Source of the DNA: Octopus bimaculoides
Lineage: Eukaryota
Direction of reading: 5' to 3'
Length of the DNA: 64,000 nt
Assembly (NCBI RefSeq): GCF_001194135.2
Contig: NC_068989.1
Span: 95,992,042 to 96,056,041 of the forward strand
Positions 12,776-24,942 of the stretch are shown here, in pieces. Under the pieces are notes generated by a model. That model was given only the letters and a program-made list of their open reading frames with translations, made no database searches and was not told the origin of the DNA. The position numbers and the translations under genes are program-made. Position 1 is the stretch's first letter. Each line of letters begins with the position of its first letter.

Positions 12776-14049
12776 TGTATTTGTTCACATTTTACTAATC
12801 TGTCCAGCATGGTTATCCATTGGCCTTAGGAAGTCCAGTCAAGTAGTGATGCCTGAACTGCAGTTGCTAATAGAGGAAACCCCATTAAGGACCTGATGGG
12901 GGCAAGTGAAACTGAAGAACAAACATCTTCAGCAAGTGACAAAAGAAAAATAAGTGTTTGGAGGCTGGATTTCGTTTCAGTTGCTTTTGGTTTGGTATGG
13001 CATTTATTTGGATAAGAGACAGGAAATATATAAAAAGAGCATGCTTTGGTGTTGGCCACAAGGAATGCAGACATTTCCTGATAGCATCAGTGTTGCTCAG
13101 CTTATTTAGTGGAAATGATGTTGAAGGAAGTTGTTGAAATTCCTGTGACTTCCAGTTGACCGTTGATGAGGTGAATATCCCACAGCGCAATCTATTCGTA
13201 ACACTGTCATGGCTTTCAACAACAAAAGCAATTCTTGTTTCAACAAGATTAGCTGACACTAATCTCCAACTTTAAGGGGAAAAAGTTAGTTACCCAAGTA
13301 TTTAAACAATGTACAAATATCTTTTACTTGTTTCACTCATTGGACTGCAGCCTTGTTATGATTTTGCCTTCGATAGATGAAGCAAAGAAATCTGGTTCTT
13401 ATTCTGTTGCTCTCTTTTACCAAACTGTAAAGTTGTAGGGATGTTACCAAACCAACACTGGTACTTAAGTATGGTGGAGGATAAACACACATACATGATG
13501 GGCTTCCACACAGTTTCTGTCTACCAAATTTACTCCCAAGGCATTGGTTAATGTGGGGAGGGAGTATAGTAGAAAACTCTTGCCCAAAAGTCTTACTTAA
13601 CAGGGACTGAAACTGAAACCATGGGCTTGCAAGGTAAGCTTCTGAGCCCCACAGCCATGCTTCTTGTGGCTCTCTATGTGTAAAAGTTATTTGATTGTAG
13701 CCTGGCGCAGGAATCAAGGGGTCAGAATGGGATGAAGATTTCAGATGTAGAAATTGTCACAAAGTATGGAAATAAGAATTATCAAGAATATAATATTTGG
13801 AAGAGTGTTATTTAAATGAGATTTGATTGGCTGTCAAGTGAAAATGTGGAACCTCTCTTAATGGTTAATTTCTCAATGGCTAAACTGCTTACCTATTTAA
13901 ATTACTAAATATAGTCGAGATTTTGGAGCTGGGTTTAGTAAAATAGAATTACATATTAATAAATCACGTTGCATTCTACAGTTTATGAGATTTTAATGAA
14001 GCTGTTAATTTTGATTAAGAATGGTCTCTGTCAGGCTGGTATTAATTAC

Positions 14050-14797
14050 AAGCATCAGAAGTGGTGTGCAGGAGAGACGACTGCACTGATATGGCCATGT
14101 GTTGCGTATGGATGAGGACAGCTGTGTGAAAAAGTGTCACACCCTAACAGTGGAGGGAACCTGTGGAAGAGGTAGACCCAGTAAGACCTGGGATGAGGGG
14201 GTGAAGCATGACCTTCAAACCTTGGATCTCACGGAGGCAATGACAAGTGACTGATACCTTTGGAGATATGCTGTGCTTGAGAAGACCTGACAAGCTAAGT
14301 GAGACTGTAGCTGTGGCCTATACCAGTGTCATATAACCAGCTCATTTAAGAGTACCCTTCAATCATTGGGCAATAAACTGTGCTTGTGAAGACTTCTTGA
14401 GTCAAGTGAAATCACTGTCATTGCTGATGCCAGTACGGCCTGGCTGGCATATTTGCCGGTGGCACATAAAAAGAACCATTTGAGTGTTGTCGATACCAGA
14501 CCCACCGGACTGCCCTCCATGTTGGTGGCATGTAAAAAGCTGCCTGACTGGCTCCCGTGCTGGTGGCACATACAAAGCACCATTTGAGCATGGTCTTTGC
14601 CTGTGCCGCTTGACTGTCTCCCATGCCGGTGGCATGTAAAAAGCACCCACTACACTCTTGGAGTAGTTGACATTAGGAAGGGCATCCAGCTGTAGAAACC
14701 TTGTCAGATCAGACTGGAGCCTACTGGCTTGCCAGTCCTCAGTCAAATCATCCAACACATGTCAGCATGGAAAGTGGACGTTAAAAGATGATGATGA
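14050..14797 (+). mobile_element. RTE LINE (family 1), 5'-truncated, complete 3' end
   Basis: SIRSGVQERRLH*YGHVLRMDEDSCVKKCHTLTVEGTCGRGRPSKTWDEGVKHDLQTL; the UTR contains ggcatgtaaaaagcacc repeats and aggaagggcatccagctgtagaaa, and ends ggacgttaaaagatgatgatga. Confidence 0.92.
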
Positions 14798-15078
14798 ATA
14801 GAAGGCATAGAATGAATGACAGCATTTTTTATGTAGAAAAGTGACTCCCAAGGTGTTCCCTATGGCACACTAGTGTGCAGAAAATATGATAGAATTATAA
14901 AGGATTTCTATCATTTACTAACATTAAACACCAAAGTGGGAGGTGCAGGTGTAGCTGTGTAACTTAGGGCTTGCTTCCCAAGCAGATAGCTTCATGTAGT
15001 TTCTGCTGTTGTCTCTACGTTTTCCTCTTACACAATCATATTTCTAATAAAATACACAGCCTATGTGATTCAATAAAT

Positions 15079-15199
15079 GTAGAAACTCTGCCAGATCAGA
15101 TTGGAGCCTGGTGCAGCCATCTGGTTCACCACTCCTCAGTCAAATCGTCCAACCCATGCTAGCATGGAAAGCAGACGTTAAACGATGATGATGATGATG
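15079..15199 (+). mobile_element. RTE-tail repeat, short well-preserved 3' end
   Basis: gtagaaactctgccagatcagattggagcctgg...ccaacccatgctagcatggaaagcagacgttaaacgatgatgatg. Others at ~16780-16866 (+), ~31855-32100 (-), ~45795-46062 (-), ~48480-48720 (+), ~49785-49930 (+), ~50020-50200 (+), ~58410-58680 (-). Confidence 0.88.
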
Positions 15200-17029
15200 T
15201 GTTTCAGTCATTCGACTACAGCCATGCTAGGGCATCACACTGAAGCGTTTAGATGAGCAAATTGACTTCAGTCGTTAGATTTTAAGTTGATACTTATTCT
15301 ATCAGCTTCATTTGCTATTTTGCTAAGTTACAGGGATGTAAGCAAATCAGTAATGGTTGTAAAACAGTAGGGGACAAGCCAAAGACATACAAACATAACA
15401 GACGTTGACGCAGTTACCACCAACCAAATTTACTCAGAGGCAGTGGTTAGCATGGGGCTCTATTAGAAGACACTTGCCCCAACGTGCCACACTGTGGGAC
15501 TGAATCCAAAACCAAATGATTGCAGAGTGAACTTCTTAAGCAAACAGCCATGCCTCCCCACTCCCGGCACTTGTAGAGGTATTCTTCTGAAATCCATGAG
15601 ATCAATCTTTCTTTAATGATTGCATCTAATTAAGATGTGAAGCAATTAATTCCATTTATCATGTTGTCCTCGTCATCAGTTGTTCGGTTTCTGTTCTTTT
15701 ACGGTGGCCCATGTTGAAAGGATTTCCTATTCAGCATGTCACCACTCTTTTTAATCCTTTTTTGTTTAGGGATCTCATCTCTGAGGGTTGCCATGCTGTG
15801 TTCTGGCTGATATGAAAATTTGGTTACCATTTCAAGTCATTTCCTTTCAATTCAATTCTATTTATTGTAATTGCATAATGGCACAATGAAAAGTCGCTCT
15901 GGAGATAAAAATTGAATCAGAGAAGCCCTTTTCAAAGACAGAAACAGAATCCATCTGTTTTATTATTATTATTTTTTTATTTCAGTGATGTATTTGCTTG
16001 AGAAAAAGAAAGTTTGTAATTAAATGATAAATGAAGATTTTCTTTTAGTGAGAAGAACTCTGCTCTTTTTTTGTTTTTAGTCTTAATTGAAAATTATCAC
16101 ATTGCTTCATTTAAAAATTAATTAGATAAATTACTTTGAATTGGAAGAATTATTTGATTTCATTAACAAATGGTTCCTCCATCTGTTTTGCAGATCAGTA
16201 TTGGTTCCTACTTACACATTGTTGTGTTGATGGTTGAATATTTCACTGATACTTTGTATTGTTAACATGATCCATTGATAGAAGTAGTATGGCAGTGTAC
16301 AACAACACCATACATACATACATGCACTCACATACATACATACATACATACATATATGCACACACACATACATATATACATGTATACACACATAAGAAGG
16401 CAATGGACACCAAAAAAAAATAACATGAGAGACAAGTTTTAATGACTGTTGTATTAGGTTAACACTTAAAAGTTGGAAAAGACCGCTGACGTTTTGGACA
16501 AAACTCTTTCACCAGAAGAAAGATAGAAAAGAAAATAAAAACAAAAGAGATAACTGAATGAGAAAAGGTGTTATACGTTTATGGCTGAGTTTAGCCAAGT
16601 GTAATTTTGAGTTTATAAGGGAAGGAAAGATTCATGATACTGGCAGAGTATCGCTTTCTCCCATTATAATTATTTTCTGTCTTAAGGATCTGGAAGGTGA
16701 AAGGAGCTCACAAGGAGATGCAATTCAATAATCGTTTATTGGGATTCCCGATCTTGTGTCCCATTCCCAGTGTCCATCTCCATGGCAGCGCATGGTTCGC
16801 CAGTCCTCAGTCAAATCGTCCAACCCATGCTAGCATGGAAAGCAGACGTTAAACCATGATGATGATGTATATATATATATATATATATATNNNNNNNNNN
16901 NNNNNNNNNNNNNNNNNNNNNNNNNNNNNNNNNNNNNTATATATATGTATGTTATTATATAATGTGTATGTATTATTATCATTATTATGTAATATGACGT
17001 ATGTTTGGGATATTCATGTTTGTTTCCCC

Positions 17030-17372
17030 CTTGTCCTGACACAAATGTTCTGATTATAAACACAAGTTAACAGTGTCATTTGTTTGCTGTCCTCCACAAA
17101 AACATGTCCAGCCTTTGAGTTGATTGTTGGTCAATGATGTGTGAGAAATGTTACTTTACTCTGAAATGCATTTTGGCAATAAGGAGAGTAACCATTCAGA
17201 GCGGCCTCTATATGGTTGCTAATCCTGCTTGGAATAGCAGTCATATCTTTGTAAAATTGCACCGTAGAGTTGTAACAATGAAAGGATATCCTGAATAATA
17301 TCCCAGTCAGACCTGATTGATTGGGTCACGGATTTACCTGATCAGGTTTGGTACAGAACTAAACAACAACAT
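17030..17372 (+). mobile_element. SINE tail variant (tail-2 start joined to family F tail)
   Basis: ctgcttggaatagcagtcatatc...aactaaacaacaac; homologous pieces at ~1690-1800 (-), ~9200-9290 (+), ~34690-34890 (+). Confidence 0.6.
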
Positions 17373-20300
17373 TTTTGAAACAGAGCTACGTCTGATGGTC
17401 ATCGAATTGGTTTACAATGCAAGAAAAGAGGATGACAGGTGATTGAGGTTAATTGGCAATGCAACAACCCCAGCATAGCAGCACCAACATAGCCATTTGT
17501 TGCCCTCCTGGAACTCTATGAGAATATTGTTATTTCTATATAATGAAACATGTTCTATCAGTCTATAAGTATTACTTTAACAAATCACTTCCAAAAATAA
17601 ATGGCTTCTGGCTGCTGTTGCTGCTGCTTTTTCTTCTTCTTCTTCTCCATTCCACCTCCTCCACCTCCTTTTTTACCTTCTTCCTTATCTCTCCTCCTCC
17701 TCCTCCTTTTCTGTTTCACTTTCAAAGACGATTCTCATAGAACAATCTAATATGCAATTGGTTACACCCAGCTGTGCATTTCGTGACCTCAAAATCGTTC
17801 CATCTTTACAAGTCTTACTCCATTAGACAAATCCTTTTTTCCAAACATTTTAGGAGTGTTTTTGCTATTGTTGTTGGTTAGGATCTTTTTTTGTTGTTGT
17901 TTTGTTGGGGATGGTGGTGGTGGTGGTGGTGGCTTTGTTAGTGCTATTTCTTTTGAAGTTATTGTTTTTTTTTTTTCGTTTCTTTTAATGGTTCCCTGCG
18001 TTTTTTTTTTTTTTTTTTAAATATGTGAATTAGTAATTCTTTGTTCCTCAGCAAGCTTTCATTGAAGATGTTTATGCAAAAATAAAATCTGAAAACATTT
18101 TCCATTTTCCCAACTGAACCTATTAGGGAGAAAGTAAACCAAGGAAAGAAACGCTATCTTTTGGTGTTCCTTCCATTCCTGTCTCTCACTTTCTCACTCT
18201 CTTCTTCATTTTCCTATTTAAGTCTCCCCACCCCCACACGCCATATTCTTTTCTCGTCGTCTTCATCATCATCACTTGTCTGCAAATTCCTTTTCCTTCT
18301 TCACTTTATTCCGACTCATCTTTAACTCCACAGTCTTGCTTCAAAACACAATAGCTACCAAGGAATCATTCAATTTGAACATTATATTCACTAATCTATT
18401 CCAATTATCTCTACTCTAATCCCACATCCTCTCTCACAAACACCAAGAAAGATTATCAATGTTTCTCTTTATTCTTTCCTCCAGTTTTTAATGTTTTGTC
18501 ATCCTGTTTGAGTTGACTGACGATTATAGTATTAAATATTCAACACTCTCTCTGTATCATGAGAAGGTTCATGGCCTTGTGGTTAGGGTGTTGCCATCCA
18601 AATCACACAATCATGGTTTCCATTCCCAGATTGGGAGGTGCATTGTGTTCTTGAGCAAGACACTTAATTTCACATTACTCCACTGAGCTGAAAATGAGTG
18701 ACCCTGCTGTGGACTGATTCCCATTCAAAGAGGATGCTGTAAGCTCTGTTACTTATACATCACAGAGACTGGGTAGACAGCCTTGGAGTCCTAGGACTTA
18801 TGACAGAACTTTCTATACCATCTTACGAAATCATTTCCTCTTACTGCTTATGATTTCGGTCATAATCAAATCAACAATTGTTTTACAAGTAATATTTGCA
18901 GAGGTAAATTAACTGTTTCTTTTTCTTTGTGTGCAATTGGATCATTGTTGTGTATTTTAATGATCAGTGTTCCACCAGAGTTGGTCCTTACCACTTTTAA
19001 TCAAGTATTCAGGCGATGATGATGATGATCAAGGTGTTTGTTTCTGGTCAAGGGAATGTTATTAATCTCAGGTATAAGAACAATCTCTTCTGCCATTTAC
19101 TCGGCTCTGCAGTAGATCTCCCTTAATATGCACAATCTGCTTGAAGGATTATCAAGTTTGCTTCACATTGAGTCTCTGGCTCAATTTCACTGCATGACGC
19201 CTTCAACAAGTGCCATTCTTTGTAACTGTGGTCAACCCATGAGTGACATTGGTGGGGAAACGTAAGCAATGTAGAAGTCCATCTCATGAACTGTGGGTCA
19301 AAGGTCAAGCCTTGCCACTCATTGTGCCATGCTGACTCTACCTGAGAACTCCATTAAAGATTCACATGTCCGTGGAATCCTCAGCCACTAGCGGCTGATT
19401 CAAGGAGCAACTTATCAAACAACTCAATGTTGATCATCAAAACTGATGGAGATCCATTTTAGGTTCGATTTTCTTCTTTGAGCCTGGTTTTAGTTAGCTA
19501 TTTGACCATTCCATTACTGGAAAGATTTTAAATCTGCTCAAATTACAGACGTTTCTCTTAGCTACCAGTAAGCCTAGTTTTAGTTAACTAAATAAATCTG
19601 ACATTATCAAAATGGCATTAAATCCCCTCAGATTTGATCAAATCACTGACATACATCTTCAAAACTAATGTAATCAGCCATTTCACTTCTCTGTAATTAA
19701 TGATGTAACAATGTTATGGCAGTTCCCAATCAACACTTGTTTATAGAAATTTACTGTAATTTACGTTTGGTCTTCTTATAAAGAGATTGTCTCTTATCTG
19801 AGTAGAGTTGTTATTTTTGTGCATCCTTATTTCTATCTCGTTGCACTATAAATGCTGTTGAATGGTAAGATTAACCTTTTCACTCATGACATGAAAGAAA
19901 AATTGAAAAAATTGAATTCAAAGAAAAGCTGATTTTAAAAAAATGAGAAACTGTTCTGTTATAAATGCTAAAGGGAAAAACAAAATGAAAAAATAGTGTC
20001 TAATTTCTAGGTAGATCTGTAAACATTTTTTTCTCAGACTTCTTCTCTGTGGTAGAAAATGATATTTCTGAGGAAAAAAAAATTATATATGAAAAGAAAA
20101 GAAATTAAGAATAACTTTCAGAATTGTGGTCTGATGTTATTTATTTATTTAAAAATATAGATAAACAAATAGAAAAAAAAACGAAAATAGAATTTTCTTG
20201 CTAAAAGATTACATAATCAAAAATGGTCTCTTTGAAATCTTATATTTGCTTAAATGATAAAAGATAAACGATATAGCAGTTGGCTTGGTAACACTATTCC

Positions 20301-20615
20301 AATACACACACACACGCACGCACTCATGCACATGCATGTATCCCCACAAACATACATGGGAAATATTTTGATTGCCAGATGATCATTGTCACTGAAGACT
20401 ATTATCAATATTATTATTATCATTATTATTATCATTATTATTATTATTATTATTAATAATAATGGTATCTTATGCATTTTCATGTTAACTGAAACAAGTT
20501 AGCCATCATATTCTCTTTCTATACAACCTGGTCTCTTTAGATAATATCTTTGCTAGGTTCAGTTGCATTATCTGAATGCAGTTATTTATCCTGCACCCAT
20601 CTTCCTTTGCCTTCC

Positions 20616-20665
<50 letters not shown>

Positions 20666-20823
20666 CTCTCTCTCTCTTTTTCTCTCCTTACCACACTCAT
20701 TCCTCATCTTTCCATTCTCTCCAATCTCTTCATTCTTTTCACAGTTCTTTGCTATGCAATGCCATTCAAATATTCTTTTATTCAATTTGCATTATGCACA
20801 CTTACAACAGTCTGCTTGACATG

Positions 20824-20856
<33 letters not shown>

Positions 20857-21728
20857 GTTAAACTGACCCTCCTCCTCACCACACAAGAACTGGTTTGTAC
20901 ATACCCTTAAAGGTTTTCTTTTTACCAATAACAAAGACTTCAAATATTTTCTCGGATAAACAGCTTCTAAAAACAATGTCCATGGGACCTTGAGCAAGTT
21001 TCTCCCACCTCAGCCCTAGGCTGACCGCTGCCTTGTGTGTGGATTTGGAAGCCTGTTTATACACGCATGTATAATGTGTGTAGCTACAAAATACATTTCA
21101 TATCTTTGACTTGTTTTAGTTACTGGATTGGGACCGTGCTGGAGCACCACCTTCAAAAGTTTAGTCAAGTAAATTGATCCCTGTACTTATTTTTATAAAG
21201 TCTGTTATTTATTCTATCATTCTCCATTGCTGAACTGCTAAATTTCAGAGACATAAACAGAGTGAAAGGGAAGGAGGATGTTTCTTCCTTATATCCCAAT
21301 ATTGATCACGATGAAGGGGTAGAAGTATGCATGGATGCCTTCAAAAAGTGGTCAAACAAAAGTATTCCATCAAATTTTCTCTGTAGATTATTGAGGTTTG
21401 TGTTAGAAAGTAACACAATGAAGTTTAGACAAAGATTTTACCACCAGACGAAGGGTTGCGCTAATGTCTTCATGACGAAATTTGAGACACAGTTACTGAA
21501 GACATTCAAATCCCTTCATGGTCATGGCTCAATACTCTAGTTACGGTTCATTGACGATGTATTTTTCGTCTGGGAAGGATCACAGAATAGTTTAATGGAC
21601 TTCTTGCATTTCTGTGACTGTTATCTAGAAACTATGGCTTTAAGTCCAACATAAAATTTACGTCTAGTTTTTCAAAAACTAGCGTTGAATTTCTGGACAC
21701 GAAAGTCAAGTTTTCTGGAAGCAGATTA

Positions 21729-22700
21729 GTGACAGCGTTATCTTGCAAGCCTACGTCATCCCACATTTATCTCCACTGCCGATCTGATCATCCACATCGT
21801 CTTATTCGGTCAAATCCGAAATCCCAATTTTTGAGAATAAAACGGATTTGTACTGACATAGGGGATTACTGGAAACATGCAAATGCTTTTGTATATCATT
21901 ATATCAAACGCGGTTACAGTGAATCACGTTTAAAGGAAATAGCAAATGAAATAGCTAAGATTAGCAAAGATAGTCAAACCTACGCGCATAATTTTAGCAA
22001 ACACAATACAATAGATGATAGAATTCCTTTAGTGATTAGCTGGCACCGACATTTCGCTGGCATTTCAAAAGTGTTGCATGAAAGTTACCAGCTTGTGGCG
22101 AAAAAATATCCTCACTTCAGACAGATATTTCCTCAGCCGCCCATTGTAGCCTTTAGACAAAATAAGAATATAAGAGAATTATTGACCTCTATATCTGACT
22201 CCAAGAAAACGAACATTGGAGTATCTGCATGCTGTACCTTAAAGAACAGCCACAAGAGAGGTAAGCCCTGTTCATTGTGCAACAACATGAGTGAAGTGAA
22301 TTCCATTAGAAATCATAACAGAAATGTTATGATTTATACAGAAGGTGGAACATGTAAAGATTCCCATTTGGTGTACGCTGCAGAATGCATGAAACACAAC
22401 TTAATTTATGTTGGTTGTACAACAGAACAATTAAACAAAAGGTTTAATGGGTACAGATTGGACATCAGGCACAATAACAGTAGTTCAACAGAACTTGCCG
22501 AACATTTCGTTTCAAGCGGCTGGAATTTTGAAGAAGACTTGAAAGTGCATATTCTCAGAAAATATCCTGAATGTACCCCACTTTCACTTCTCAGAATGTA
22601 TGAGGAGAAATATGTTTGCGGGTTATTAACATCATGCCCTGGAGGAATGAATAAGATGACAGGAGAATATCATCAAATTTATACAAAACTGTTTGATTAA
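21729..22700 (+). CDS. Penelope-like polyprotein C-terminal part (RT thumb, Cys/His linker, GIY-YIG endonuclease); open frame within a disrupted element
   Basis: 323-codon stop-free frame with Penelope-type motifs. The upstream RT has a stop at ~21538 and a frameshift near 21650, so this is probably a pseudogene segment. Confidence 0.85.
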   Translation: MTALSCKPTSSHIYLHCRSDHPHRLIRSNPKSQFLRIKRICTDIGDYWKHANAFVYHYIKRGYSESRLKEIANEIAKISKDSQTYAHNFSKHNTIDDRIPLVISWHRHFAGISKVLHESYQLVAKKYPHFRQIFPQPPIVAFRQNKNIRELLTSISDSKKTNIGVSACCTLKNSHKRGKPCSLCNNMSEVNSIRNHNRNVMIYTEGGTCKDSHLVYAAECMKHNLIYVGCTTEQLNKRFNGYRLDIRHNNSSSTELAEHFVSSGWNFEEDLKVHILRKYPECTPLSLLRMYEEKYVCGLLTSCPGGMNKMTGEYHQIYTKLFD

Positions 22701-22874
22701 ATATTCTTCTTTCTCTCTTTTTCATTCCTTTTTTCTTTCTTTTTCTTTTCGCCTGTTATAAAATTGTAACTTAAAAACTGATGATGCCATTTCACCAATG
22801 TGTGGATGCTGGTTGCTCTCGTTCATACTTTATATTTAAATTTCTATAATTTTGAATTTTTATCACTTCTTATT

Positions 22875-22917
22875 TTGAACTTGACAAAGACAGACGTACT
22901 GTTGGAATATTGTTCAA
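22875..22917 (+). ncRNA. Degenerate minimal type I hammerhead ribozyme in the Penelope 3' region
   Basis: ttgaac-TTGACAA-A-GACAG-acgta-CTGTT-GGAA-TA-T-T-gttcaa: 6-bp stem I, 5-bp stem II, U3/A8 core variant, GAAA changed to GGAA. Confidence 0.6.
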
Positions 22918-23010
22918 CTAATAAAATATCTTACAGTCGAATCGCGCTCTTCATCTTGACTGTTTAACTTTGTGAAGAGTTTTGTCAATCCTTTTTATAA
23001 TATCAAAATC

Positions 23011-23066
<56 letters not shown>

Positions 23067-23082
23067 TATTGTTATTATTATT
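23011..23082. repeat. (AAT)n microsatellite at the Penelope 3' end
   Basis: Read directly from the sequence. Confidence 0.97.
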
Positions 23083-24369
23083 TAGTCAGGGGTAAAGGGC
23101 TGTTCCCATAACTCTGAAACTAGTGAAAAGAAAAGAAAGAGAAATTTATTTTCAACCAGGGGATGGCCTGAATGCTTTTTTTAATTTTTTTTTTTTTTCA
23201 TTTTATTTATTAAAGACGGTGGGGCAGAATCTGAAAGAAATAGGCTGTTGTTTCAAGCAGGTGCTTCTTATTCCATTGGTTTTCAAAGAGATAGTTTATC
23301 ATATAGTTTGGAAGTATCCTTGATCATTTAAAGACTTTCTAAGACTGGTTGGAAGAAGTGGTGGGGGCGGGGCGGTTAGCCTCCATCAAAGACATCATTC
23401 AAGTTTTTGTGACAGAGTGAATTCTTTCAAAGGCATCGAAGGACCAAGTGACAGTGGACGTTAAACCATACCACAGATCAAGTTCACAATCCTGGACTGC
23501 TATTTTATTCCTTGACACCCACAAAAAATAAAGGTTGACCTCAGCAGGATTAGAACTCAGAACACAATGCACTAGAATAAATAGTAAATGCTATAAGGCA
23601 TTTTGTCCAACACTCTAATGGCTCTGCCAGTTCACCATAAACCCATTGCTTTTTGCATTTTTCTCTTTTTTTTTTTTTTCTTAAAACTGTATTATTTAAG
23701 GGAGATTTGGCTGGTGTTTCCAGTTGACTGGGTAACTGTATAGAATTTCCTACATTAAGCCAGCTCATTTGCAGTTGATGAAGTAAAACACTGGAAATGA
23801 TTCAATTGACAATATAGTGCTACTCTACCCACTGACCCCTTCCTAATTTGTGACCTTCAACTAATGTAAGAAATCCTTCTCATTGGATTTATTTCCACTC
23901 CCCATTTTGTTTTTGCAACTGATTAATTGTAAAATCCATAAAAATATTTTATTATTTTTATTTGTTTTATGTTTTTTATATATTCGCTATTGATTTTTCT
24001 CTGAAACATCTTAATTCTTTAATGATTTTGTTTAAAACGATTCTCCAATTTAAAGCCTTCTTTATTTCATTTTATTTATTCTGTTTTTTTTTTGTTTTTT
24101 AAATTTTATAACTTATAACTGGATATTGAGATAATTTTCATCTTTTAGGATGAAGCTTCTAGCAAAGTGTTGCACAGGAAAGTTCGTTAATTAGATTTTA
24201 ATGTTTGATGAAGATTTTAAAGTTTTAAATTTGAAATAAATTTGACAATGAACTTCTGTCTCATTGACATTGAAGAAATTTTCCTTGGAAAAGGAAAACT
24301 ATGATTAATATGAAATCCAAAATAAAATGTCTGTAAAGTGTGAATAACATTACAAACGTGATTCTTTAT

Positions 24370-24899
24370 TAGTGAGTGTGTCTGTGTGTAATGAATGTGG
24401 GTAAGCTATGTGTGTGTGTGTGTGTAATGTAGGTATGTATTTGGGTATATGCATGTGATTTCTATATATTTATTTGTGTACGTGTTAAATTTGTGTTTAT
24501 GTGTATGTAATTTGATTATGTATCTGTGTGTGATTCATGGATATATGTGTGTATTTGTGTGTGTACTTTATCTACATGTGTGTATGTGTAATATATGAGT
24601 GTGTGTGTGTGTGATTTATGTGTTTTGTGTTGATATATATGTAATTTGTGTGTCTGTATGTGCATTTAATTAATGTGTATATGTAATTTGTGCATAGCTG
24701 TGTGTATTTATATGTGGTTATGTATAATTTATGTATAAGTATGTAAATGTAATTTGTCTGTATTTGTGTGTGTGTATATGTAATTTGTATGTGTGTGTGT
24801 GTGTAAGATTTGTGAATGTGTGTGTGTATAGATATATACACATGTGCATATGTATTTTGTTTCTCTGAGTGTACAAGTATATATGCATAACTGGTGTGT

Positions 24900-24940
<41 letters not shown>
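24370..24940. repeat. Degenerate (TG/TA)-rich low-complexity array
   Basis: About 570 bp of tgtgtg/tatatg/taattt units ending in a pure (TG)n run. Confidence 0.9.

Positions 24941-24942
<2 letters not shown>

Larger units (their letters stand above)
21277..22990 (+). mobile_element. Penelope-like retroelement, 5'-truncated (RT + GIY-YIG endonuclease + pLTR-like 3' region)
   Basis: RT motifs DVSSLYPNIDH, FYHQTKG, LRFIDDVFFVW, VEFLD, KPTSSHIYLH..SDHP; Cys-rich linker CCT...CSLC; GIY-YIG LVYAAEC...YVGCT...KRF...LAEHF...GMN. A pyrimidine-rich stretch after the stop is followed by a hammerhead-like motif and (AAT)n. Confidence 0.95.

Noticed and set aside
12885-13259. 124-aa minus-strand ORF in unique-looking sequence
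   Set aside because: No recognisable motif or convincing splice signals; compatible with chance.
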